Below are positions 39,394 through 48,035 of a DNA stretch of 64,000 bases, in pieces (within the stretch, counting starts at the first letter, position 1; every line of letters starts with the position of its first letter). Location: contig JACQFI010000048.1 in assembly GCA_016200135.1 (NCBI GenBank), forward strand, positions 5,151 to 69,150, in the 5' to 3' direction. A program made the translations under genes and the position numbers. The notes under the pieces are model-generated. The model saw only the letters and a program-made list of their open reading frames with translations. It did not search any database and was not told the DNA's origin. This DNA comes from Planctomycetota bacterium (GTDB lineage: Bacteria > Planctomycetota > SZUA-567 > H5-PLA8).

Positions 39394-40197
39394 ATGCCAA
39401 GAACGTCTCGATGCTGCGCCTATTGGGTCCTCGCAACGCTGAGCATCGTTCTCGCGCTGCCCGCACTGACCCGCGCCGAAGAAGAAGACATCACCCCGGC
39501 CAAGACGCCCGATAAGCCCAAGGCTAAGGACGATCCCAAGGCCGCGCCCGTCGAACCGCCCAAGCCCCTCGAGAAGCCCAAGCCGGCGTTCGAGAAAGGC
39601 AAGGCGGCCACGCTCTTCCCGGCCGACCGCGACAGCAAGACGGTCGACCACCAGAGCCCCGCCATGCAGCAGGGCCAGAAGTCGGGCATCAACGAGACCA
39701 AGTACGCGGGCTGGTCGTACATGGGCCAGAAACTCGACGGCTGGAGCGTCAAGGGCGGCGTGCTGGACATCGACGGCCAGTGCGCGCTGACGCTCGACGG
39801 CTACCCTTTCAAGGATTTCGACCTCAAGATCGAGATCGAACTCACCGGCGCTTCGGGCTTAGGCATCATGCTCGGCTCGGGCAAGGACGGCATCTCGCTG
39901 CTGGGCGTGCTCCCCAACGCGGTGCTGCCCGGCACGTGGGACCAGACCAAGCAGGGCAACAACGTCAACTTCGACAACAAGGCCGCCAAACCGTTGCCAA
40001 AAGGAGGCGGCTGGATCTCGCTGCGCATCAACGTGGCGCAGGGCTGGGTGGAAGTCTCCGCGGACCAGAAGTCCATCTTTAAGGACCGTCTGGCCAACCC
40101 GGTCCAGTTCTCGCAGTTCGGCTTCCTGAGCCTCGGGGTCAGCGGCAACAAGGACCCCAAGATCAAAGTGAAGAACGCGACGATCACGGGGAACTGA
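39394..40197 (+). CDS. Secreted hypothetical protein (possible beta-jelly-roll/DUF1080-like)
   Basis: Signal peptide, Pro/Lys linker, WSVKGG...FKDFDLKIE. Confidence 0.7.
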   Translation: MPRTSRCCAYWVLATLSIVLALPALTRAEEEDITPAKTPDKPKAKDDPKAAPVEPPKPLEKPKPAFEKGKAATLFPADRDSKTVDHQSPAMQQGQKSGINETKYAGWSYMGQKLDGWSVKGGVLDIDGQCALTLDGYPFKDFDLKIEIELTGASGLGIMLGSGKDGISLLGVLPNAVLPGTWDQTKQGNNVNFDNKAAKPLPKGGGWISLRINVAQGWVEVSADQKSIFKDRLANPVQFSQFGFLSLGVSGNKDPKIKVKNATITGN

Positions 40198-40222
40198 CCG
40201 GAACGCTGTCGCGCCCGGCAGG

Positions 40223-41107
40223 TTACTTCTTCAATTCGATCTTCTGCAATGGCGGAAGCTTCTCGTCGACGCTGCCTTTGGCGCGCTCGGGTTGAGGCGT
40301 CTTGGACTTGTAGACGCGCACGTAGTCGATCAGGAGCTTCTGCGGGAACGTGGTCTTGGCGTCTGGCGCGCCGGGCCATTGTCCGCCCACGGCGAGATTC
40401 AACTGGATGTAAAAGTCGCGGTCGAACGGCGCGGGCCATTTGGCGTCGGCGGCATTGGTGAACCAGTCGTTCTTGATCTGGTAGAGTTCGCCGTCGATGA
40501 GGTAGCGCATCTCGCCCGGGTACCATTCCAGCACGAACTCGTGCCAGTCCTCGCTGAAAGTCCCCTTCTTCAAGACCACGCTCTTGCCGCTAGACTTGTG
40601 CGGATTTCCGAAATGCAGCGTGCCGTAGACGCGCGTGGGGTCCTGGCCGAGCAGTTCCAGGATGTCGATCTCGCCGCAAGCCGGCCAGCCGCCGTACTTT
40701 TTCATGTCCGACGGCATCATCCAGATCGCCGGCCAGATGCCCTTGCCCAACGGCATCTTCGCGCGGAACTCGTAGCGCCCGTTGGTCCACGCGGCCTTTG
40801 ATTGCAACTTGGCGGACGTGTAGTTGTTCTTCTCCAGTTTCTCCTGCCGCGCCTGGATGACCAGGTGGCCGTCTTCAATGAATGCATTTTCCGCGCGGTC
40901 GGAGTAATACTGGAGTTCGTTGTTGCCGTAGCCTCCGCCGCCGATGACGAACTTCCACTTCTCCTTGTCGATCTGCGCCCCGTCGAACTCGTCGGCCCAC
41001 ACCGGTTCCCATTTGTCCGCATCGGCGGAAGCCGGCTTGAGTTCGGCCGCGGAAACGCTCTGAAAAACCGCCAGCGCGAATGCAAATAAGTGATGATTGC
41101 GAAGCAT
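40223..41107 (-). CDS. Glycoside hydrolase family 16 (beta-1,3-glucanase-like)
   Basis: WADEFDG, WPAIWMM, GEIDILE catalytic motif, LNLAVGG. Confidence 0.93.
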   Translation of the reverse strand: MLRNHHLFAFALAVFQSVSAAELKPASADADKWEPVWADEFDGAQIDKEKWKFVIGGGGYGNNELQYYSDRAENAFIEDGHLVIQARQEKLEKNNYTSAKLQSKAAWTNGRYEFRAKMPLGKGIWPAIWMMPSDMKKYGGWPACGEIDILELLGQDPTRVYGTLHFGNPHKSSGKSVVLKKGTFSEDWHEFVLEWYPGEMRYLIDGELYQIKNDWFTNAADAKWPAPFDRDFYIQLNLAVGGQWPGAPDAKTTFPQKLLIDYVRVYKSKTPQPERAKGSVDEKLPPLQKIELKK

Positions 41108-41185
41108 GGGCGGCCTCCTCGATGAAGGTACCCAAAGCTTATACCGGAAGCGTGCGGGGATAAAGGTTGTTCAGCGAACGGGAGT

Positions 41186-43183
41186 TTACTTTCCGCCGAT
41201 GCAATACAGGTTCGCTTCAGCGCGATAGTAGAGGCGGTCGCCATCGAAGACAGGGCTGCTGACCGACGATTCCTGGTGCCCCCACCATTCATCTTGGCCT
41301 ATGGAATTCTCGATGCGGTTCTTTCCCACCTGTTTAAAGGTCCGGCCGGCTTCCAGGACGACGCACGTGCCCTGGTTGCCGAAGATGTAGACGTACTTGC
41401 CCGCCAGCGCGGGGCTCGAACCCAAGCCGCGCACGGCTTTCAGGTTGTGGTGATTGTCAAGGTTTACGTCCAGCAGTTTCTGGTAGAGCACCTTTCCGGC
41501 CTCGATGTCCACCACGCTCAGCGCGCCGTCGATGCTCACGGTGTACAGCAGGCCGTCGTGTACCAGCGGCGACGAAGTCGTCCAGCCGCCGTAGAACTGC
41601 GGATAGGGAACCTTGGGAATGTTCACGGCTGGCTTGTAGGGTTCGAGCTTGAACGGTTCGGCGGCGGAGGCCGGCACTTTGAAGGTCTCCGTCCCGAGGT
41701 AAATCACGCCATCCTTCACGACCGGCGAGGGGATGGTCCCCTCGCCCTTCCGTTCAAAGAGCGCCTTGCCATCGCTGGCGCGCCGAACCGATCCGTTCGG
41801 GACCAGGTACACGGGTTCGTTGCCAATGGTAAACGAGAGCAGCGACGCCTGGAAGAACTCGCGCGGCAGCCGCCACGCCACCGCGCCCGTGGCCGCGTCG
41901 AGGCCCAGCGTCTCGTTCATGTGGACGATCAGCTTGCCGCCGGAAAGCACCGGCGTGGTGGCAAGCCCGTGCTCGCGAATCGCGCCGTCGTTGTCCAGAT
42001 GGATCCACTTGCGGTTGCCATCCAGGTCGTAACAGACCGTAATGCCTGTGGCGTACCATACGTACACGAACTTGCCGTCGCTCACCGGCGTGATCCCGGC
42101 GTACCCCGGGTCCTGGCCGTCCAGGAGTTTGTACTTCTTGTTGTCCACCTTCAGCATGCTGGCGTAGAGCTTCTTCTCCAACTCGCGCTTCTCGCCCGCT
42201 ATTTTGCCGTCCGGAGGCGTGGCCGTGGAATACGCCTTGTTGATCTCCCGGATCCGCGCGGCCCACGGCGCGGCCTCCTGCAGAGCGGGATTGGCCTTCA
42301 CCTCTTCCTCGGTCAGCGTCTCGAAATAATTGGCCGAGCGCACCCACAAAATCTTGCCGTCGGCCTTGTTGATGCAGACGAGGTCGTAGGTCTCGGCGGT
42401 GGAGAAGATCTTGTCGCCGACGACGATCGGCGAGGCGTGGCTCGCCCCGGGCATCGCGCAGGTCCAGGCGATGTTCTTGTCCTCGTACTCGTAGGGCCCG
42501 CGGCCAAAGAGCTGCGGGGTGAAGTACCACTGCGTCTCGGTGCCGCCATCCGGCGCGGCGTCCGGTACCACCTTAAGGAGCAGTCGATTCCAGCCCGCCG
42601 TCAGATTCAGCACGACGCGCGCGCTCCAGGCCTTCTCGGCCAAGGCAACCTCTTTGCCGTTCAGCCAGCAGCGCAGGCCGTTGTGGTACGAGCCCGCCAG
42701 TAGGACGGGGTGGGCCTCTTTGATATAAAGGTAGGTGTGCGCGTAGGCGGCCGACTTGAGGTGCTTGCCCAGCAGCGTATTGAACTCCAGGCACGACGTC
42801 TCGCTCTTGATCGCCTTCCAGGTCAGATCGCCGGACTTCTCGTTCTCGTCGGGCTGCAGTTGCGCTTCGTTGGGCAGAAAATCGGCCGAGAGTTTGGCGC
42901 CTTCGGGCGCCGGCACTGGGCCCAGCACCAGCCAGTCGTGAATCGTTCCGTCGGCCACGGACTGCCCACCGGGCGCGTCGCGCTTGGGCTTCTGCGCCTG
43001 AGCCGAAAGGTCTTTCAACGTCTTCGAGACCCGGCTCCATTCGAGGGGCGGCGTAGCCTTGGGATAGCAGCCGGTGCCGTCCCCGCGCCAGCCGACAACC
43101 GGCGACTCACCCGCGGCCAGGCTGGCGACGGAGAGCACCATGGCCCAGACTCCGATGCCCCACCGTACCCATTCGCCGCGCAT
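41186..43183 (-). CDS. PQQ-like beta-propeller repeat protein
   Basis: GWRGDGTG, ASPIVVGD, DGKILW, SSP repeats. Confidence 0.85.
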   Translation of the reverse strand: MRGEWVRWGIGVWAMVLSVASLAAGESPVVGWRGDGTGCYPKATPPLEWSRVSKTLKDLSAQAQKPKRDAPGGQSVADGTIHDWLVLGPVPAPEGAKLSADFLPNEAQLQPDENEKSGDLTWKAIKSETSCLEFNTLLGKHLKSAAYAHTYLYIKEAHPVLLAGSYHNGLRCWLNGKEVALAEKAWSARVVLNLTAGWNRLLLKVVPDAAPDGGTETQWYFTPQLFGRGPYEYEDKNIAWTCAMPGASHASPIVVGDKIFSTAETYDLVCINKADGKILWVRSANYFETLTEEEVKANPALQEAAPWAARIREINKAYSTATPPDGKIAGEKRELEKKLYASMLKVDNKKYKLLDGQDPGYAGITPVSDGKFVYVWYATGITVCYDLDGNRKWIHLDNDGAIREHGLATTPVLSGGKLIVHMNETLGLDAATGAVAWRLPREFFQASLLSFTIGNEPVYLVPNGSVRRASDGKALFERKGEGTIPSPVVKDGVIYLGTETFKVPASAAEPFKLEPYKPAVNIPKVPYPQFYGGWTTSSPLVHDGLLYTVSIDGALSVVDIEAGKVLYQKLLDVNLDNHHNLKAVRGLGSSPALAGKYVYIFGNQGTCVVLEAGRTFKQVGKNRIENSIGQDEWWGHQESSVSSPVFDGDRLYYRAEANLYCIGGK

Positions 43184-43542
43184 GCGTGCCTCCCAAGAAA
43201 TGAGCCCTGCTGAATATACATACCTTTAATGCCTTCTGCGTTACGCAAATTTCTGATTGGGCGCCGGCGCGAACGCGCGCAACCGCCTGCCCCTTGAAAG
43301 GCGCATCCGCGATTCGAAGATTGTCGCGCGCGAAAGGCCGCGGACGCATACAGGCCGCCGGAAAGGTTCCGTTCAAAAACGTTCAAAGGGCTTGCTATTT
43401 GCTTATTTCATCATACGAATGTCCTGAATTTGCCCGTTGTATCCAGGCGCCTGCGTTCCGTAGCCGATCGTAACAGCGCGCGGGCAGAAGGGCGAACTAA
43501 CAGGTTGTCGGGATCGTTTGATCAACGCGGAGGAGACCACAC

Positions 43543-44130
43543 GTGAAGAACATCGATGAAGCGCGCTTGGAGACCGATCTGGGGTACCGCTTTCAGTACC
43601 TCTGTGAATTCATGGGCTTCACGCCCGAGGATATCGCGACCATCAAGGGCGCCGCGCCGCTGCTCGCCCCCTTGGTGCCCGCGCTTGTGGATGCGGTCTA
43701 CGCCAAACTGTATTCGTACGATGCAACTTGGCGGCATTTCATGCCCCGGCAGGCCGGTTACGAGGGCAAGATTCCGGCAGACCTTGCCGAACTTACGCCC
43801 GACCATCCGCAGATCGCGTTCCGCAAACAGCACCTTGCCAACTATCTGGCACGGCTCGTCACCGGCGCGTACGACGGCAAGATGGTCGAGTACCTCGACG
43901 TGGTGGGCAAGATCCACACGCACAAGATGGGTAACAAGGATATCGAAGTGCCGCTGGTCCAGATGAACGCCCTGATGGGCTTCGTCGCGGACGCCGTCAA
44001 CGCCACGATTTTAGGCTTCAACATCTCCGCCGAGGCCAAAACCAAGGCAATCCGCGCTTTCGGCAAGTTGCTCTGGCTCCAGAACGACCTGATCGTGCGC
44101 CATTACGCAGCACCGCCAGCACGCCGCTGA
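43543..44130 (+). CDS. Protoglobin / globin-sensor family single-domain protein
   Basis: YLCEFMGFT, VDAVYAKL, VGKIHT, LLWLQNDL; RBS GGAGGAG. Confidence 0.85.
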   Translation: MKNIDEARLETDLGYRFQYLCEFMGFTPEDIATIKGAAPLLAPLVPALVDAVYAKLYSYDATWRHFMPRQAGYEGKIPADLAELTPDHPQIAFRKQHLANYLARLVTGAYDGKMVEYLDVVGKIHTHKMGNKDIEVPLVQMNALMGFVADAVNATILGFNISAEAKTKAIRAFGKLLWLQNDLIVRHYAAPPARR

Positions 44131-44158
44131 ATACGATTTAGATCGCCAGAATCCTACC

Positions 44159-44198
44159 GGGGCGGGCGCGTGAAAGCACGCGGCCCGCCCCTCTTTTT
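44159..44198 (+). terminator. Intrinsic terminator after the globin gene
   Basis: GGGCGGGCGCGTG-AAAG-CACGCGGCCCGCCC followed by a T-tract. Confidence 0.75.
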
Positions 44199-44299
44199 AC
44201 TACCAACCCGTCGAACGGTACGCGCCTCCGCAAGTCCAATCATTCGGCCCATCCTCGCCTTCCGCCTCAACCCGATGCAGTCGCGAAACCTCCGCTCCC

Positions 44300-44790
44300 G
44301 CACTCAAGGCCATACACAGTCAGGTTACCCGATTATCCGACCTCTGTGCGCCCCTGCTTACAGACTAATCCCGGGCATCCACACTCGATTTCACGGGTTT
44401 GCCCACCACCTATTCAAGCACAGTACAACCGTCCTCCACGCATAAATCCCGGCCTGTCCACAGCCCATTCCCGGTAATTAGGCGTCCACTCCTCTTGCGG
44501 TAAACAGCTTTTGCCCAACCTTTCCAGGCTTAAGGGAGGTCTAGTCCAATGCCTATCCACATGTTTTGCACAGGCTTTCCACGGCTTCTGCCAGGATGAT
44601 TCACAAGCAATTCAGCGGTTTTGCGCGGACGCTCCACAGTGAATATCCATAGATTTCAAAGCTTCTTCACCCTTTTCACGCCTAGAAGTGCACTGAGTGA
44701 ATTGGGAACCCGTGTTATCCACACCCAATACAAGCCTTACAAGGACTTTGATAACACATATTACCTATTAGCTATAAGAGAGTTGCAACG
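44300..44790 (+). other. Candidate replication origin (DnaA-box array plus AT-rich unwinding element)
   Basis: TTATCCACA 44715-44723, TTTTGCACA 44564, CTATCCACA 44553, TGATTCACA 44597, CTGTCCACA 44454, GCATCCACA 44375 and others, all on one strand; AT-rich 44745-44780. Confidence 0.7.
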
Positions 44791-44901
44791 TCAATGGCTA
44801 AGTACCTAAGTGGGGAAATCGAGGATAGCTAGGGCAGTAGCACAAGGGCGCTCGACGATGAGTGCTTCGCCTGGGCAACTCTCGAAGATGCAGGTGGGGC
44901 C

Positions 44902-45921
44902 TTAGTTCGGATCGACGAGCTTCCGGACTGAAGTGATGTTCTCGCGCTTGGTGTCGTAGCCGCAGACACCGGTGCCCAGGATGAAGCCGGGGACGTCCTT
45001 CCCCTTGGCGAGGATGACCTCGGCCAGCTTGACGACATCGGCCGCCGTGCCGCGGTGGACGACCCGGGCGTCGATGTTGGCCCTGAAGGGCGCATGGGCC
45101 TTCTCGCATGCCTGCCGCCAGACCTCGAAATCGGCATCGAAGTCGCACAGAAACTGAGTGGCCCCGGTTCGGGTAAGCAGTTCGGCAATGGAGGTCGTAT
45201 CGCCTCCGATGATCACGGGCAGGTGCTTGGCGCCGGCCTTCTTGAGCCGCCCGGTCAGGTTCTGGTAATGCGGGAGGATCTGGCCCTCGAAGATGTCCGG
45301 CGACGTGAGTGGCGGCATGGCGCGGCTATCAAAGATGATCACGCCGATCCCGCGCTCTAGGAACGCCTCGGCAAAGTCACCGATGGTCCGCGTGGCGATC
45401 TCCAGCGCCGCACTGACGATCTCGGGGTCTTCGCTGGTGGCGATGAGCAGGTTCTCGAAGCCGATCAGTTCGCTGGCGAGGCTGAACGGCCCGCTGACGG
45501 CTCCGCGGACGTAAATCTCCTTACCCAGCTTATCGTTCACACGCTGCGCCGCGCGCACGAAGATGGGCATGCGCCCGTCCTTCTCGGGATCGGGGCGCGG
45601 CGCGGCGCGGACCTCGTCGATGCCGTCGCAGAGGTGCCGCGCGACGCCGGGCACGTCGGGCGAGTCCTCGTAAAACTTGATCTTACAACCGAGCGCCTCT
45701 GCTTCGACGTTGTAGACGTCCAGCCCCACCGTGAGCAGGTCCGGGCGGTAGACCTCATACTCTTTAAGCATCGCCTGGACGATCAGGTCTTCGTTGCGCC
45801 CCACTTCCGAGGGCGTCTTGCCGAGCAAGTGAGCCTTGTGCTCGTAAATGGCCGGCGAGAACGGCACGCGGTCGGCCTTCTTGCAGGCAAAGACAAGGTC
45901 CATGCGTTCGCGGGGCGTCAC
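44902..45921 (-). CDS. Uroporphyrinogen decarboxylase / MtaA-CmuA family protein
   Basis: MTPRERM...DRVP, EAEALGC, DGRMP, GPFSLA, FILGTG motifs. Confidence 0.85.
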   Translation of the reverse strand: MTPRERMDLVFACKKADRVPFSPAIYEHKAHLLGKTPSEVGRNEDLIVQAMLKEYEVYRPDLLTVGLDVYNVEAEALGCKIKFYEDSPDVPGVARHLCDGIDEVRAAPRPDPEKDGRMPIFVRAAQRVNDKLGKEIYVRGAVSGPFSLASELIGFENLLIATSEDPEIVSAALEIATRTIGDFAEAFLERGIGVIIFDSRAMPPLTSPDIFEGQILPHYQNLTGRLKKAGAKHLPVIIGGDTTSIAELLTRTGATQFLCDFDADFEVWRQACEKAHAPFRANIDARVVHRGTAADVVKLAEVILAKGKDVPGFILGTGVCGYDTKRENITSVRKLVDPN

Positions 45922-46004
45922 GGGCGGCCTCCTTCAAGGTTGTATGAAGCTTGTCTTGTATACCCCAGGCCGCGATTTCGCGCGAGATCATGTCCGAAAC
46001 TGCT

Positions 46005-46129
46005 GTGGCAACGGCGTCTCGCCTTTCCAAACGATGCGGCGCTGCAGAGCTCTATGGTTTAAGCCCAGTTCCTGGATGCGCATGGCGCGCAGCGCGGTCT
46101 TTCTCGACAGGCGAAACGCCTGTGCCGCC
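46005..46129. repeat. Inverted REP-like pair
   Basis: GTGGCAACGGCGTCTCGCCT ... ACAGGCGAAACGCCTGTGCCGCC. Confidence 0.6.
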
Positions 46130-46152
46130 GGGGGCTATTCCCGGGAAAAGGG

Positions 46153-47760
46153 TCAGGTGTGATCGCGCCGCGAGAGCGCTTCCAGGAGCTGCCTGCGGGC
46201 GGCGCGGAAGGCGTTCACATCGAGGGTATAGTCGGTCCAGTCCCGGATCACCGTGTCACAGCTCGAGCGCGCTTGGTCCGGCTGGGTCGCGGCCAGGGTT
46301 TGAAGCAGTTCGTAGTCCTGGATGCCCTCCAGCATGGCTTCGGAACGCATGGAGTCGAGCACGCCGCCCGGCTTGGGATAGACCAGGTGCGTGTCGCCGG
46401 GCGGCAGGGGCATGGGTTCGTGGTCGTTCTCGACGTTCTTGAACGGCGCGTCGCGCCAGCAGTTCCAGCCCCAGTGGAGAAACCCGTCGACGCCGTATTT
46501 GAAGTTCGCCCAGTGCAGCAGGCGCGTCTTGAGCAACGGATAATCGATGAAGCGGTTCATGTGCGGCTTGCGCGGGTTGAGGCAGATGTAGAACCAGAGT
46601 TCGTCGCCGGCCTTCGTCCGTTCCTTGTAGAAGTCGAACTTCTTGGCGAGCATGTCGGTTTGGGGGACCCACGTATCGACGGAGCCGGCGAGATCGGCGC
46701 AGTGCGTGGCTTCGACCGTCCGAAGTTTCGGCGCTGCCCGCCGCAGCGTTTGGACCAATTGCAAGTAGTAGGAGCGGTTCGCCTCGACGGGCTCGTCGAA
46801 GACATGCTGGCGGTAGGCCGCAAGCCAGCCCTTTTGCTCCAAATGGGCCTGAAGCGCCGGCAGATAGGCGCTCAAATAGCCCTGATGCGCCTCGCTCCAG
46901 GATCCTACGGTTTCCGTGACGGCCTTTCCGTCCTGCACCTTCCAAATCTTCGACGTATGGTTCACGGCAGCGTATTGGGCATGGGCGAGATGGCTGCCCT
47001 CGAGGATGCCTTCATGGGGCGGAGCGATCACCCCGGCCTGCGTGAACAGGTTCACCCACCGGTCGAAACGCGAGAAGTCGAAAACCAGGCGGCCTCCGGC
47101 CCCCGCTTCCACAGCAACCAGTTCGGTCATCGGCGTAAGGATCACGTTCTGACGGTGCTTCGCCATGTTCCGAGCATACGCGCCAAGCAGTTCCCAGAAG
47201 CGCTCCTCGCTAAAGTTGCACGGAAAGCCATACAGCTTTTCCATGGATGGCTGAAAGAGCAGCCAGTTGGCGATCTTGAGGGTGCGGCGGTCGCTTAAGA
47301 CGCAGCCGTGCACCGTCAGCCGGACAGCCAGTTCATCCGAGTAACTGCTCCCGCTGAGTTCGATCTTACCGCTGTAAGACCCGGGCGCCGCATCCTTGGG
47401 GACCGCGACGGTGACCCACACCGGCTGAACACTCCCCGCCGCAATCTCCGGCGCGGCTTCCAACAGCGGGTCGGGGAATTCCGCCGGCGCCATCCGCAAG
47501 GCGGAGTCGTCTGTGTTCTTCTTTACAGGTACGTAGCCGACAAAACGAACCTGCGGCGCAGGCAAGCTCGCGCCGCCCGGCCCTCGCAGCGTTCCAGCTT
47601 GGCATCTCAAGCCGGCGAGATCGTGCGGCGGCCTGATCGCGAACTGGAGGCTGACGCTCTCGTTGCGCGCGGCATCTACGGGCCGCGGTTCCGGGGAGGC
47701 CACCGCTTCCACGGGCGAATCCTGAAACAGCTTGGTCATCGAATCGACTTGCCAGGCCAT
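46153..47760 (-). CDS. DUF4091 / GH123-like glycoside hydrolase
   Basis: ARNESVSLQ, PDPL, DEP, WFYIC, GFLHWGWN, GDTHLVYP, EGIQDYE motifs. Confidence 0.85.
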   Translation of the reverse strand: MAWQVDSMTKLFQDSPVEAVASPEPRPVDAARNESVSLQFAIRPPHDLAGLRCQAGTLRGPGGASLPAPQVRFVGYVPVKKNTDDSALRMAPAEFPDPLLEAAPEIAAGSVQPVWVTVAVPKDAAPGSYSGKIELSGSSYSDELAVRLTVHGCVLSDRRTLKIANWLLFQPSMEKLYGFPCNFSEERFWELLGAYARNMAKHRQNVILTPMTELVAVEAGAGGRLVFDFSRFDRWVNLFTQAGVIAPPHEGILEGSHLAHAQYAAVNHTSKIWKVQDGKAVTETVGSWSEAHQGYLSAYLPALQAHLEQKGWLAAYRQHVFDEPVEANRSYYLQLVQTLRRAAPKLRTVEATHCADLAGSVDTWVPQTDMLAKKFDFYKERTKAGDELWFYICLNPRKPHMNRFIDYPLLKTRLLHWANFKYGVDGFLHWGWNCWRDAPFKNVENDHEPMPLPPGDTHLVYPKPGGVLDSMRSEAMLEGIQDYELLQTLAATQPDQARSSCDTVIRDWTDYTLDVNAFRAARRQLLEALSRRDHT

Positions 47761-48035
47761 ATAGGTGCTTCCTCGGATGGATCAGCGCGTGCATCCTATG
47801 CTCCTGTGCTTTGCGCCCGCCCGCCGTTACTATGACGCATCCACAAGGACTCCGTCGCATGGCTTTCAAGGCATGCCGATGTGAAGCAGGCGCTTGAGGT
47901 TGTGCGAATCGCAAATCATAGAGTCGGGCGGAAGGTTTTCTTCGCGTCAAAGGGCCAAATTACAGTTTGGTATGGTAGTCTTGCCCGCTTTGCCCGATTT
48001 CGTTCAATCGAAAATCCAAAATCGAAAATGCCGTC

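Noticed and set aside
44300-44790. Possible CRISPR array or structured RNA gene in the large intergenic gap
   Set aside because: Repeats are degenerate 9-mers at ~11-bp spacing, not 23-50-bp repeats with spacers; no cas genes; no tRNA or tmRNA hallmarks
44170-44809. Short ORFs 44170-44445 and 44621-44809
   Set aside because: No RBS or codon bias; they overlap a terminator and the DnaA-box array
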